A stretch of DNA of 64,000 bases from Octopus vulgaris (lineage: Eukaryota). The position numbers and the translations under genes were made by a program. The notes below the pieces were generated by a model. The model was given only the letters and a program-made list of their open reading frames with translations. It searched no databases and was not told where the DNA came from. The first letter of the stretch is position 1. Each line of letters begins with the position of its first letter. This document shows positions 13,051-25,734 of the stretch, piece after piece. The stretch covers positions 79,174,001 through 79,238,000 of the forward strand of contig OX597814.1 of assembly GCA_951406725.2 (NCBI GenBank), read 5' to 3'.

Positions 13051-13404
13051 TCAAACGTGTTGAAAATATAAATGGCACTATGTTCTTAATAGACAAGTAG
13101 CAGGGACAAAACGTTAGTATAATATATTCATTATGTTTACACCTGCTTATTATTACAAATACAAATAAGGCAGTGAGCTGGTAGAATCGTTAGTATGTCC
13201 ATCTATATATCCTGAGTTCAAATTTCGCTGAGGTTGATTTTGCTTTCATTCTTTCAGGGTCAATAAAAAATACTGCTGGCCTTGTGCCAAAATTTGAAAT
13301 CATTATTACAGATACAAACATTGGTTACAACCAAAACAAAATACAGAGTATTTATCTTCAGGGTTTCCATTAAAGCTGACAGCATAGTTTCTCTACTAAA
13401 ACAT

Positions 13405-13466
<62 letters not shown>

Positions 13467-14878
13467 GAAATATTAATAGTATCATTGTTTTATGTTTTGC
13501 TTTTCTTCACAAAAGCAGAGGATGAATGAGACTTCTTGAGGCAGAATTCTATGGCTGAATGCTCTTCCTGATGCTAACCTTTATTTGTGTTTTCAAGTAT
13601 GGTATCTTATTCCACATCATTGTTGCACTGAACTGCCTGACTGCTAAGTGGAAGCCTAGTGTGTGTGTGTGTATGATTTCCTGTCTATTGCTTGACAATT
13701 GGAGTTTGTTTATGGCTGCAGTTCAGTGACTGATACAAAGTATGCATGTGTGCATGTATGTGTATATAGGTATATGTATGCATAATCAGTCTTGTGTTTA
13801 CAAACCCCAAGCAAATTCAAGACAAGTAAGGTATCCCAGAGTTTAGGTTGAACTAGACCCCGAGATGTTATTTCTTTTAAATTGTTGCATCTGTTTTTTT
13901 CCCCAGAGAAGAGATGACTTTTATGATGAAGTATTGTAAACATTATAAGTGTGTTGCGAATATGGATTTGTAGATATAAATGTGAAAAGGTTAATAGTGC
14001 TAGAATACACCAATAGAATTTATGATGCACAGATGAAGAACATGTAACAAAACATTGGGCATGCTGTCAAAACCAGAGGGGTGCTAAGGGTTTTTTTTTT
14101 ACTTTGTATTTATTTTGTTTTGTTTTTGAGGAATACGGATAACAAGACATTATGTATATATGTATGAATGAGCATGTTTGAATTCATATGTGTGTATGTA
14201 TTATGGATATTTGTTGTGTCAGAAAGCATTTATGTGAATGTGCTTGTATGTTAGTTTATCTGTAAATATGTGTTACATGAATATATGTGCTCTAACTATA
14301 TGTGCAGTGAAAGGAAATCATCTGTATGAATAAACTTCCTGCAGATGTTTTTAAATATAAGTGAACATGTTTTGTGTGTGGTGTGATACAATATGGGGTA
14401 AATGTATGTAAATGTAGTGTGCAAAACATACATAGAGCATTCTGAAGATCTGACTACAGGGATATATGCAAGCAGGAATGAAACAAAAAAATTAAAAAGA
14501 AAAATGAATATAACTATTTAAAAAAAAACATAATTTTGGAGAAAAAGCCTACATCACTGACTGGTTTGAAAACATTTGAACATTAGTAATTCTACTATAA
14601 ACAAAATGGCAATGCGAAGAATTACTCGGTGTGAATTTTAAGTATTACATTTAGCCTCTGATTTCTGGAATGTGCCAAGTAGCAAGGAGTCAGGTTAAAG
14701 ATTCCACACTAGTATACATCTCTGTCTGTGGCTGTGTGGTAAGAAGTTTGCTTCCCAACTACATGATCTCAGATTCAGTCACATTTCATGGCACCCTGAG
14801 CAAAGCATCTTCCACTATAGCCCCAGGCCGACCAAAGCCTTGTGATAGAAACTGAAAGAAGCTCAGTGTGTGTGTGTG

Positions 14879-14917
<39 letters not shown>

Positions 14918-17334
14918 CGCCTTGCCTTTATGTGATAATTGTAAATGGGTGTCACCATCATGCAAGTAATATCTTTCATTTCCAATCTTCCATTAAAATG
15001 TCTGGTTGTAGGGAATGTTACCTTACTTGGACACAGGTACAGAAAGGGGACAGAAAGGGCATCAGGCAATAGAAAATCCACCTCAACAAATTCCATGCTA
15101 GCATGTAAAAATGGACATTGAAAATGATGATGATGATGATGATGATATTTTTCACATAAGCATTTTTTATGTTGAGCACCAAATTCTACATGGTATCCAA
15201 GCAGGCTAAGTATGTTTCTAGCTTATTTTACACACACTGCTAATGCCTTTGGGATATTCAGAAATGTCATTATCTTCCATTTTATCTTTTGGTGAAATCA
15301 CTGGACCTCAGTACTTATTGCTTGATACTCCTGATCTTGAAGGATCAAGCAACTGGCTGTATTTATTGTACAAGAGCAAAGTTTATCATAGGAGGAGGAG
15401 ACTGTGAGGATTGAAAAGGGGACAAATTTAAATATTTCATTTTCATGTCATAATTCAATCAACATGTTGAATGTATAAAGAAGTTATCAAATAAGATGTA
15501 GGTCCAGAGTATCTGCTAATACTATTGTCCTTCTCTTGTTTGTCCATCTTGATATATATACCTCAAAGGCTGCTTTAATACTCCCCCTATGTTTGAACTT
15601 TCTTGAAATACTGACTGGTCATTTAATTAGCTGGATACTGGTTAGAATGTACATAAGTTTAAATGGACATGTATTTATGCATGTAGGTATGTATGAATGT
15701 ATTTATGTGTGTGTGTGTGTGTGTGCGCGTATGATTGGCAGTGTGTATATACATCATCATCATCATGTCCACTTTTCTGTGTTACAGTGGGTACTACATT
15801 ATGTTTCATTATAATTTAGCTTTCTACAGCTCCCATTATCAATGTGGTTGTTGTTGTTGATGTAGTTGTTGTTTAGCCCCTGGTCAACTCTCGATAGTGG
15901 ACATTTTAAGATGGCAGTGAACATTTCAAGATAGCAGTGGATATTTCAAGATGACCTGAAGACAATCAACATTACATGAAAATCATGTGCAACAGTAGCA
16001 GCCAACCGAACCTGGTGGAAGAAGCTTACCACCCAATGCACTGAACAGTACAGAAAGACCCAAAGCTAAAGCAGCTCTTGTTAAGCTGACAGGCCTATGG
16101 TCCATAAGTTTGTTGGGTGTTTTCATTACTAATTTGTCAGAGAGGCAGTATACATAATTTATGACTTTTGTAATTTCTGCTTCTTTCCAGACTAGTAAGA
16201 TCATTATGACTGATGTTCAGCTTGACTTTCTGCAGATTAGTGTTAGTAAGGGAAAAGTATGAGCAAAGGAGGTGGAATGTTAAAGAGAAACTGTTTTGTG
16301 GGAAGTAAAGAGTTTAGAATGGGAGGATTTAATCGAGATGAGACACAGTAGGAAAGGCAAGAAGACACAAAGGTGTATTGGAATGTATACAGCCTCTCAG
16401 AAAACTGGTAACATAATAAGGGATAGCAGTAGTAGTAGTGGTGGTAGCAGTAATAATGCATTGTTCTGAGCACCTTGTGACTGAGATGTACTGGCAAAGT
16501 TTTCTAGCGGCAAGAGACAGAGTGTGTGTGTGTCTGTGTGAGAGAGAGAGAGAGACAGACAGAGAGAGAGAGAAGCTGCATTGACCTATACATGTATCAT
16601 ACTGAGGGTCAGCATGTCATTTAGCAGCAGGTCAGCTTTCAATGAGTGTATTGTTCATCTCACCTTTTCTCAGTCATCTATGTGTCTGCTTCTGTTCTGA
16701 TTTAAGGGCAATTTGGCTGCTACCTCTAAGTTGGCAGCAATATGGAGGCTCAAAATCATTGGTTCAAAAGTCAGTCAGATATTTCAAGCTGGCTTATATT
16801 TTGACCTTGATCAAGAAGTCTAGGCTCTGGGCTGAAGTTCTGACTAATGTTCTACACATTGCGATCACTATGGCAGTTCATAAAATTGTGAAACCTGACA
16901 TTTGTTTATTTAAGGAAATTGTTATCACTCATCTGCTCCCCCCACTGTGCTATAAGTGAAACAGTAGCTAAGAATTGGCTCTTTAAAGAAACATAGCCTA
17001 CTAAAAACATTTGCTTTTACATTTTAGATAAGAAACCAGAGAAACTAGGACTGCTGAATGATGATGCTAACCTAGACCAAGAAGATATCTCACAACAGAT
17101 TTTTTCTTCTACATCCATCTCCAGTAGTACAGGAACTATTGCAGTCACTTCTAATGAAGTTATTCTAATGAAGTTATTGTCACTGCTGTTTTTACTGTTC
17201 AATCTTCAGTCAGTTCTGATGAAACATGCCTGTGGTTAAAGGTATTCTAGCCAAAAGATGTTCCACCAATTTTTTTCTTCTTCTTAAAGTCAGCCTTCCT
17301 TATTTTCTTTAAAGATGAAAGACTGCATAATGTA

Positions 17335-17560
17335 ACATGAAGAAAAATCAATTGTTATTTCTAGTAGTTTGAGTAACTCTAAAGAGGCTTACTTTTGAAA
17401 GGTCTAAGGATTTGAGGGACATCAAGCTATTTAGCTGGAAAAGGACATGAAGAAAAATCAATTGTTATTTCTAGTAGTTTGAGTGACTCTAAAGAGGCCT
17501 CCTTTTGAAAGGTCTAAGGATTTGAGGGACATCAAGCTATTTAGCTGGAAAAGGACATGA
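17335..17560. repeat. 110-bp direct tandem duplication (2 copies)
   Basis: ACATGA at 17335, 17445, 17555; about 3 substitutions between units. Confidence 0.95.
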
Positions 17561-17650
17561 GTTTTACCAAGTGTCAGTGCAACTGATGCTATAAACCAGT
17601 AAGTGTTTGTTCCAAGAAGAACAACTCTCTCAAAGATTAGGTCAACAACT

Positions 17651-17685
<35 letters not shown>

Positions 17686-18302
17686 TTCTCTCTCTATCTC
17701 ATTTTTTCATGCCCCTCTCCACCACACACAAACATACACACAAATTAGTCTTCAAAATAAATTAAATTGATAAATAAACCAAATAAACCAGCAAATAACT
17801 GTACAAACACAACTAAATCAATAAAGAGACCCATAAACAGAGACTTAAACCAAAACAGCCACATTAATGTTTTCGCTCAGTTAATGAAACAAACTCTCAA
17901 CATAAGTGGTGAGTACATTCACTTGCATGGTTTAGCTAGTGTTTCACTGATTGTGTGCATGAGTGTATGTGTGCAAGTATACCTGCATGTGTGATAGGAG
18001 GTATAATATTTGCATTAACAACTTGTTATTCAGATTTGCATTATAATTACACAGATGTAATGTCTGATCATTTGGATGCAATGCTGAAGAGAGGCGAAAC
18101 AGCTACAGTCTCTCTAAATAGGGCTGGTTGTGAGTGATAATGTGTGAGATTCTTATTAGTCAAGTTACATGCTGGAGACAGCAAGTTGTTGTAGCAAGAG
18201 TTGAATGGTTGCTGAATTGGGGGAAACTTTTATGCTTTAAATGAGTGTAGTCTACCTTTCTTTTGTTAGACAATCCAATGAAATTTAAAATTTAAGCAAA
18301 AA

Positions 18303-18625
18303 TTATAGAACAGTGTTGACAACAAATGATTTAAAATTATTTAAAAGTTCAATTTTCTTAATAAGCAATTTATTAAGCTGTAGCAATATATGCAGTTTTT
18401 GTAGAAACAGACAACAATTAGATGTTCTAGGGGAATAATGAGGAGCCAGGTCAAAAATGCTTGAAGTTATACTAGGCAGATCATTTCTCAGTTCCAAGGT
18501 ATTAAGAGAAAACAGGACAAATTCATCCATAGACCTGAATGAGTGTACATGTTGGATGAACCTTGTCTTGAAGTCATTAGATGTAATTCCTATGTAGTTC
18601 TTACTGTGCCGTTTGCTCTTAGAAG
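18303..18625 (-). mobile_element. Penelope-like element GIY-YIG endonuclease C-terminal remnant
   Basis: KNYIGITSNDFKTRFIQHVHSFR ... YSPRTSNCCLFLQKLHI...LIKKIEL resembles the PLE YIG motif and CxLC/LNKRxE tail. Confidence 0.7.
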
Positions 18626-19588
18626 AAAAATACGTGCAAACAAGTCCATCACCTTTAAATATAAACATACAAGACCAGAATTCCACTAGATGTTTCCTCA
18701 GTTTGTAATAATGTGCATAAGATGCATATACACACATACATACATGTATTACCTACACAATTATACACACATACACATTTATAAACAATAAATAGTCAGT
18801 CATGTTTTCCAACAATGCATATATACATAATACACCATAAGGGAAATCATTCTGACCAGTGAGAAACATTAGCCAAATACCCTCAACTTAGAGTGTCATA
18901 AAAACAAATGAAAAAATACCGGATAATGTAGTCTTACATATATCACTAGTTATGGGATGGCCAAGGCTGGAACAGTTTTGATCATAGGTCTGTACAATCA
19001 GGGTTGACTTGGGGCTAAACAACAACTCTCTCAATCACTTAAATTTCAATATCTTTCTCTCACGTCTCTCCCTGACACATACATTTTTCTCACATCATTC
19101 TCCACTTTACCTATATTCCTCTCTTCATCTCTCTTCTCTGTCTTTCTACTGAGCACTCTCTTTTTCTGATTGCCACTGTCTTTCTTGGATTATATCTCTC
19201 ATCCTCCATTATATTCCCCGCCTCTCTCTTTTCTTCCAAATTCTCATCTTATCCCTGGGGCATATCCTTCATCCTCTTTGTCTACTTTCTCTTTTATTTC
19301 TCAGACACATAAGCCTTTTATATCTGATCCTCTATCCTTGCTCTTTATTACATACATACTTAAAGTGTGGGGCTCACAATCATGAGATGGTGAGTTTGAT
19401 TTTTGGTCTGGGCTGTGTATTGTGTTCTTGAGCAAGACACTTTATTTCACATTGCTCCAGCTCACCATCACCACTACCACAACAATATCATCACCATTGC
19501 TATCCACCTCATAACCAAAACTGCCACCACCCTCACCAACATTACTATTCTTTCTCAATTATTCCACAATAACAACATACAGAGGGAC

Positions 19589-19630
<42 letters not shown>

Positions 19631-20094
19631 TCTCCACCACCACTACCATCACTACCATTCTTCAGTTTCTTGTGTTGTTTATGGACATGTTTTTGTTTTC
19701 TGAATTAGTATGTAAACAGGCTGTGTATTCCAAAGACACATGTACACTTAACATACTTCTCAGGTGGAACCAGCACAAAACAAGTGTGACGAGGCTAGAC
19801 ATTTCATTAAATGGTACAGTCTATTTGGCAGGCTTCTGTACCGTTTCTGTCATTATATAACACAGTCAGCTACAGATGCAGGGGTGGCTGTGTCATAAGA
19901 AGCTTACTTACCAACCACATGGCTCTAAGTTCAGTCACTCTCTTGCTTCTGCTAAATATTAATAAAAATAGACATATACCCATATTTTGAGTTTTATTTT
20001 TCCTGTTTACATCACCATACCTGTGTGAGAACGTATATGTGTGTGTAAAATATATACATACAATGTTAGATATGTACTAATTAGCTGACATACT

Positions 20095-20152
20095 TTGGCT
20101 GATGAGAGAAATCAGGCACCTATTTGGTGCTAAATTTCGAAGCTGGTACCAA
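20095..20152 (+). ncRNA. Type I hammerhead-like motif (GAAG core variant) inside a self-complementary ~450-bp unit
   Basis: TTGG-CTGATGA(20099-105)-GAGAAATCAGGCACC-TATTT-GGTGCTAAATTTC-GAAG(20139-42)-CTG-GTA-CCAA; stem I TTGG/CCAA; stem II GCACC/GGTGC plus GAAAT/ATTTC. Confidence 0.6.
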
Positions 20153-20415
20153 GTTGACGAGCATTTTACTTGTTCTGACCCAGTAGAGGTAAGACATTAT
20201 TATTGTTTCCTATCATGTCTGTAATAGATTTCTGACTATTCAGTGGTACGGAAGTATTTTTGACTTCTATTTTAGCTATGTAGGTGTTCATGTAGTGCCC
20301 TTGTGTACATACGCACATATCTAATATTGTATGTGTATATTCTATTAATTTGTCTGTACGGCTGATAATTCGCTTGTCACTCGTGATGGTATTTTAATAA
20401 TACCATCCCTATATA

Positions 20416-21727
20416 TCATCATCATCATCATCATCGTTTAACGTCCGCTTTCCATGCTAGCATGGGTTGGACGGTTCAACTGGGGTCTGGCAAGCCCGAA
20501 GGCTGCACCAGGCCAGTCAGATCTGGCAGTGTTTCTACAGCTGGATGCCCTTCCTAACGCCAACCACTCCGAGAGTGTAGTGGGTGATTTTATGTGCCAC
20601 CGACACAGGTGCCAGACGAGGCTGGCAGACGGCCACGCTCGGATGGTGTTTTTTATGTGCCGCCGACACAGGTGCCAGTCGAGGCTGGCAGACGGCCACG
20701 CTCGGATGGTGTTTTCTTATGTGCCACCGACACAGGTGCCAGACGAGGCTGGCGAACGGCCACGCTCGGATGGTGTTTGTTATGTGCCCTCAGCATCGAT
20801 GCGGTACTGGCTACGCTCACGTTCGGATGGTTTTCTTATGTGCCACCGGCACTGGTACCACAAGGATACAAATTCCATTGATGTTCATCTATTTTGATTT
20901 GGTTTGATTTGATTTGATTTGATTTGATTTTCACTTGCCTCAACAGGTCTTCACAAGTGTCACAAGAAGGAAGGTATGCACAGGTGGACTGACTACGTCC
21001 CAGGTAGGGGCCACGGGTTATGGCTTCACTAGTCTTGCCGGGTCTTCTCACGCACAGCATACTTCCATAGGTCTCGGTCTCTAGTCATTTCCATGGTGAG
21101 ACCTAACGTCCGAAGGTCGTGCTTCACCACCTCATCCCAGGTTTTCCTGGGTCTACCTCTTCCACGGGTTCCCTCAACTGCTAGGGATTGGCACTTTTTC
21201 ACACACCTATCTTCATCCATTCTCGCCACATGACCATACCAGCGCAATCGTCTCTCTTGCACACCACAACTGATGCTTCTTAGGTACAACATTTCTCTCA
21301 AGGTACTAACGCTCTGTCGAGTAAGTACACTGACATTACACATCCATCGGAGCATACTGGCTTCATTCCTCACGAGCTTACGCATGTCCTCAGCAGTCAC
21401 GACCCATGTTTCACTGCCATGTAGCATGGCTGTTCGTACACATGCATCATACAGTCGGCCTTTTACTCTGAGTGAGAGGCCTTTAGTCACCAGCAGAGGT
21501 AAGAGCTCCCTAAACTTTGCCCAGGCTATTCTTATTCTAACAGTTACACTTTCAGCGCACCCACCCCCACTACTGACTTGGTCACCTAGATAGCGGAAGC
21601 TATCAACTACTTCTAGTTTTTCCCCCGGAAAGTGACGGAAGTTGTTTTCTGCAGATTTTCGGAGGTCAATGCTCCCGAGCATCTGCCACATACAAAAACT
21701 ATCTTCCCAGTTAGCCTACCTTTGACA
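20416..21727 (-). mobile_element. RTE-clade LINE, 5'-truncated, relatively young
   Basis: ORF 21029-21691: LEVVDSFRYLG, RIRIAWAKF, LHGSETW, RRLRWYGHV, RGRGRPRKTW; 3'UTR with ~64-bp repeats and (ATG)n tail; CpGs largely intact. Confidence 0.95.
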
Positions 21728-21973
21728 TATATATATATATATTCAAGTAATCTGGTAGTACTCATAAAAAAAGCTCCTTAATGTATCAGTCAAGAAACCA
21801 TATAGAATATACAGTACAATACAAGAGAAAATGATAAAGAGTGTATAAAGTCATAATTGACAAAGAAATAGCTTGATAACATTTTATTTAATAATAAGAA
21901 AATTCTAATATCATGACAAATTTTCATAACTTAAAAAATGTAAATAATTACATTTCTCTGTCATATATGACTT

Positions 21974-22004
<31 letters not shown>

Positions 22005-23228
22005 ATGTGTGTCTTTGTGTTTGGTTCCCCACCACCACCATTGATTTGTTAATGTTCCCATAACTTAGCAGTTTGGCGAAAAGAGACTAATAACATAAAT
22101 ACCAGGCTTAAAAAGGAAATATCATAATTACTAGATCGACTTGTTAGGCTAAACCCTTTAGAGTAGAGTCCCTGCATGATTGAAGTCCAATGATTGAAAC
22201 AAGTAAAAGGTAAATGGTAATATACTAAAAGATGAGATTGTTACAGCTGAAATAAGTTACTGACCATAGGTTTGCCTGATCAGACCTAGCCTAGGGTTAA
22301 ACAACAACAGTTTAGAACTACATAACATGACATAACAAGAATAAAATCAGCAACACAAAGCAACATATCACCTGTCAATTTGAGAGTGTAACAGCTGCAG
22401 CCTACATCATGGAATTACACAATTTTGCAGTACCTATTTGATTAGTGAGAGTTAAAATCTTTTGTCTTTGGGAAGGTAGGAAAAAAGCTGACAGGATGTT
22501 AACTACTGACATCTTGGCTGGTTGTCCAAGAAACCTGTTGATACAGCCATCTGTGGTTCTTAGACTCTCTCACATACACAATATGTAAATAAAAATATAC
22601 ACATGTGTGTGTGTTATCTTTCATCTTTTGCATATTTCAGTCATTGGACTGCATCCACACTAAGGTTTGAAGGGTTTACACAAACAAATCAACCCCAGTA
22701 TTTATTCTATTGGTCGCAAATGTTTTCTGTGCTAAGATGTATTTTGTGTCTTGGTATACATGTCAATTGCTATAATGTTCTCTTTGAGCTCAACAAGCCG
22801 AGAGGATTCTTATCCTTCGGGGAGTAGTCAAAAGCCATAAAACAGCCTCCTATATTTTTCAATGCACAAAAAGAATAAATTATTTTTGTGATAGGGAATG
22901 CTTTACAAACTGTAGTTTAACTACTTTCATGATACACACACAAACAGACACACACACGTATCCACATGCAATACATCACAATTGCTAACATAGATCCTTT
23001 ATTGCAGACATTGAAGTATGTCTTGCAAAGCAACTAATAAATTCAGCATCAGTTACAAAACTCAGATAGCAAAAGAGAACTAGAAATCAGCAAACATCTG
23101 AATGTCACAATTCCCTCAATATGATTATACACTCTGAGTCAGAATATGTTGAATGGTCCTCAGCTAGAGAGAGGTAGAGATCTTGTTATCAACATTGATA
23201 GATTGATAACACTGAGCAAGAACAATAC

Positions 23229-23420
23229 TGATTTCAAATTTTGGCACAAGGGGAAGGGTAAGTCAATTACATTGATCCCAGTGATCAAATGGTACTTATT
23301 TTATTAACCGTGAAAGGATGAAAGGCAAAGTCAACCTCAGCAGAATTTGAAATCAGAACATGAAAACGAATGAAATGCTGCTAAGCATTTTGCCTGGCAT
23401 GCTAACGATTCTGCCAGCTT
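23229..23420 (-). mobile_element. SINE family A (Meta/MESC-like core)
   Basis: Reverse complement of GACTTTGCCTTTCATCCTTTC...AATAAGTACCA core. Confidence 0.75.
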
Positions 23421-23574
23421 GAACAAATATTAGAAGATGAACTAAATAGGAAGCCGCTACACAGTTGCTCAACCTGCTAGAAATAGCAAGCAAGTCTCTT
23501 TCAAATCATATCCTAGTGTTTTAAAAGGAGGACATGCTAAATAATGCAGTTCTAAATCCACAGTATGGTTGTAG

Positions 23575-24830
23575 CTAAGCTGGACCTTCAGTCAAGTGAC
23601 ATACATTAAGTAGTATGAACTCGCCTCTCAAGGCACTCAGTTTCAAACTCACCAATTTTACCTGACTGAAGCATATTCCAGTTACTAGTTTATATGTCTT
23701 CAGTATGATGCTCACTAGCTTTATGGTAATATTATTCCCCATGCAGTCTGACATGGTTCTCCCACATCTCAGTACAAATGGGATTTCTTTCAACACTCCC
23801 AGCTTCTGCAACAGTGGTTTAAAAATTAAAATATACAGAAGTGAAAAGAAAGCACATCTTTGGTGAATCAAACATGTAATTCAAAACAGCTTGAATAAGT
23901 AGGCATTTATTCTCACTTTGAAGCCAAGCAGATGATGTTATGCAAGGCTTTGAAAGTGAAAACAAAACTAATAGTACAAAAACTTTTGACTGGCTCAACT
24001 GACCCAAACTTCAAGGTCTGTGCATCCCCAATGACACTATTGATAACAAGTGCCATCCTCTTCATGAGCACTTTGACCAAAATCTTAAACTTTGCATTTA
24101 GGAAATTTACAGGACTGAAATTATTGAACACTCCCACCACCACCACACACACATTTTCCATGTTCACCTCACTTCTCAGGAGTGCTACAACTCACTACTT
24201 CAGAGAAATGACAACTGTCTTGTTCTGCAACCAGCTGCTGTAAATGCCTAACAATACTTTAGGAAACAAGTCTGGCATGTATACGTAAAGCTCTTCTGGT
24301 AGAAAATCCTAACACAGCAATTTACCCCACACACAACTGCTTGGTGCCTACCTTATCTCAGCTAATGTTATTTACCTTTTGTGGTACCCCAACTCCTCAC
24401 AGTAAGCCATCAAAGTTGAAATCCACTATCTTCACCCTACTGCTTGCCTCAAAGAGTCCAGTAAACTGTGACAGGAATACCACAAACAACTGTTAGAACT
24501 GGATAGCTCATACACAGGATAGATTATGAAAGGCCACATTGTGGTCTTGCTGTCACATCACACCTCTGCCATCCAGGTAGACTGATTGGCTTTCACCATA
24601 TTGCACCTAAGAGCATGCAACTTAGATTTAGCAATGCAATCTTTGCGTTTTGCATTGCAGAAATAGATGCATTCCATCTTTTCCATAAGTACAATACTTT
24701 TTGTAATTTACTGACCAATTCAGCATCTAATATAATATTCTCTAACACTATTTCTTTTCTAAACTCTATTGCTTTCTACACAAATTTCATTCTTCTGAGA
24801 AACCAAACGAACTTAGTAAAAAAATAATAA
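23575..24830 (-). mobile_element. L1/Tx1-like LINE reverse transcriptase remnant (degraded)
   Basis: LPEELYVYMPDLF, NNFSPVNFLNAKFKILVKVL (NxRPIxLLN), LSQSKVF (DQSKAF), QRCAFFSLLYILIFKPLL (QGCPLSPLLY), with stops and frameshifts. Confidence 0.75.
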
Positions 24831-25734
24831 TAATAATAAATAAATAAAAGATAAAACAAATGAGCCCAAAGGATTTTAACCAAATTCATTTTAGGAAGAT
24901 TTTTTTATTCTTCTTTTAAGACTGATATTTCATGCAAACTTATTCTTTGCCTTTCTTTACAAAACTATAGAAAAATAAAATCAGATGAAAAAACAAGGAA
25001 GCAATGTGAATGTTTTACATGAATCATGTCAATGGAATGGCCACTTGAGGACTTGTGTTTTCACTGTTATGCCTTCTTATTTCCAAATCTAGCCAAGATT
25101 TAAGGGTTGTGAATTTAATGTCAATACAAGGGAATAATTTCATGCTATTGCAAAGGAAAATTAAAAATGGTGGTGATGATGATGTTAACTATAATAATAA
25201 AGATAATCTTTAAAAACAAGAATAACAATAAAGATGGAGATAAAATCATTAAGTGGTTGTTGCTTAGTTTGGACTAAGCATGCCTATGATCAAAGGCATT
25301 CCAACTATGACCAACTTACCCTGTTGAGCAGTGTGCCCTTATCTTTTAAAGGTGAAGGTATGTAACTAATGGTAAGAGTGTTGCAATTACATTCATAAAT
25401 ATAGTTTTGATTCCTGTGCTGTATTCTTGAGTAAAACACTTCATTTCATGTTGCTCCACTTAGTTTCGTAAACAGGTTCCAGCACCAGCTAAGAAGTCAA
25501 CCTGGCAACAAACCAGAGTTCCAATGGGAAGAGAGAGTTGTTATCCCAGTCCCTTATATTCTCTGGAAACCCGGCTAACATGCTAACTTCCAAGACCTGT
25601 CACTGGAGCTTATCGGTGAGGCTACATGTTTCGGTCACACTATATACAGTTTAATTACAAGTGAATGTAATTTCTTTTGCATTTTTACAATATTTCATAA
25701 ATAAATTTTAACATTTAGCATTTGAAAGCAGTGT

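Noticed and set aside
17018-17239. Plus-strand exon-like frame (DKKPEKLGLL...)
   Set aside because: Acceptor present, but no homology, no partner exon and low-complexity content.
20583-20860. CRISPR-like repeat-spacer appearance of the ~64-bp units
   Set aside because: Spacers are homologous to each other, the array is inside an RTE 3'UTR, there are no cas genes, and the DNA is eukaryotic.
21273-21593. 106-aa plus-strand ORF
   Set aside because: Antisense of the RTE RT frame.
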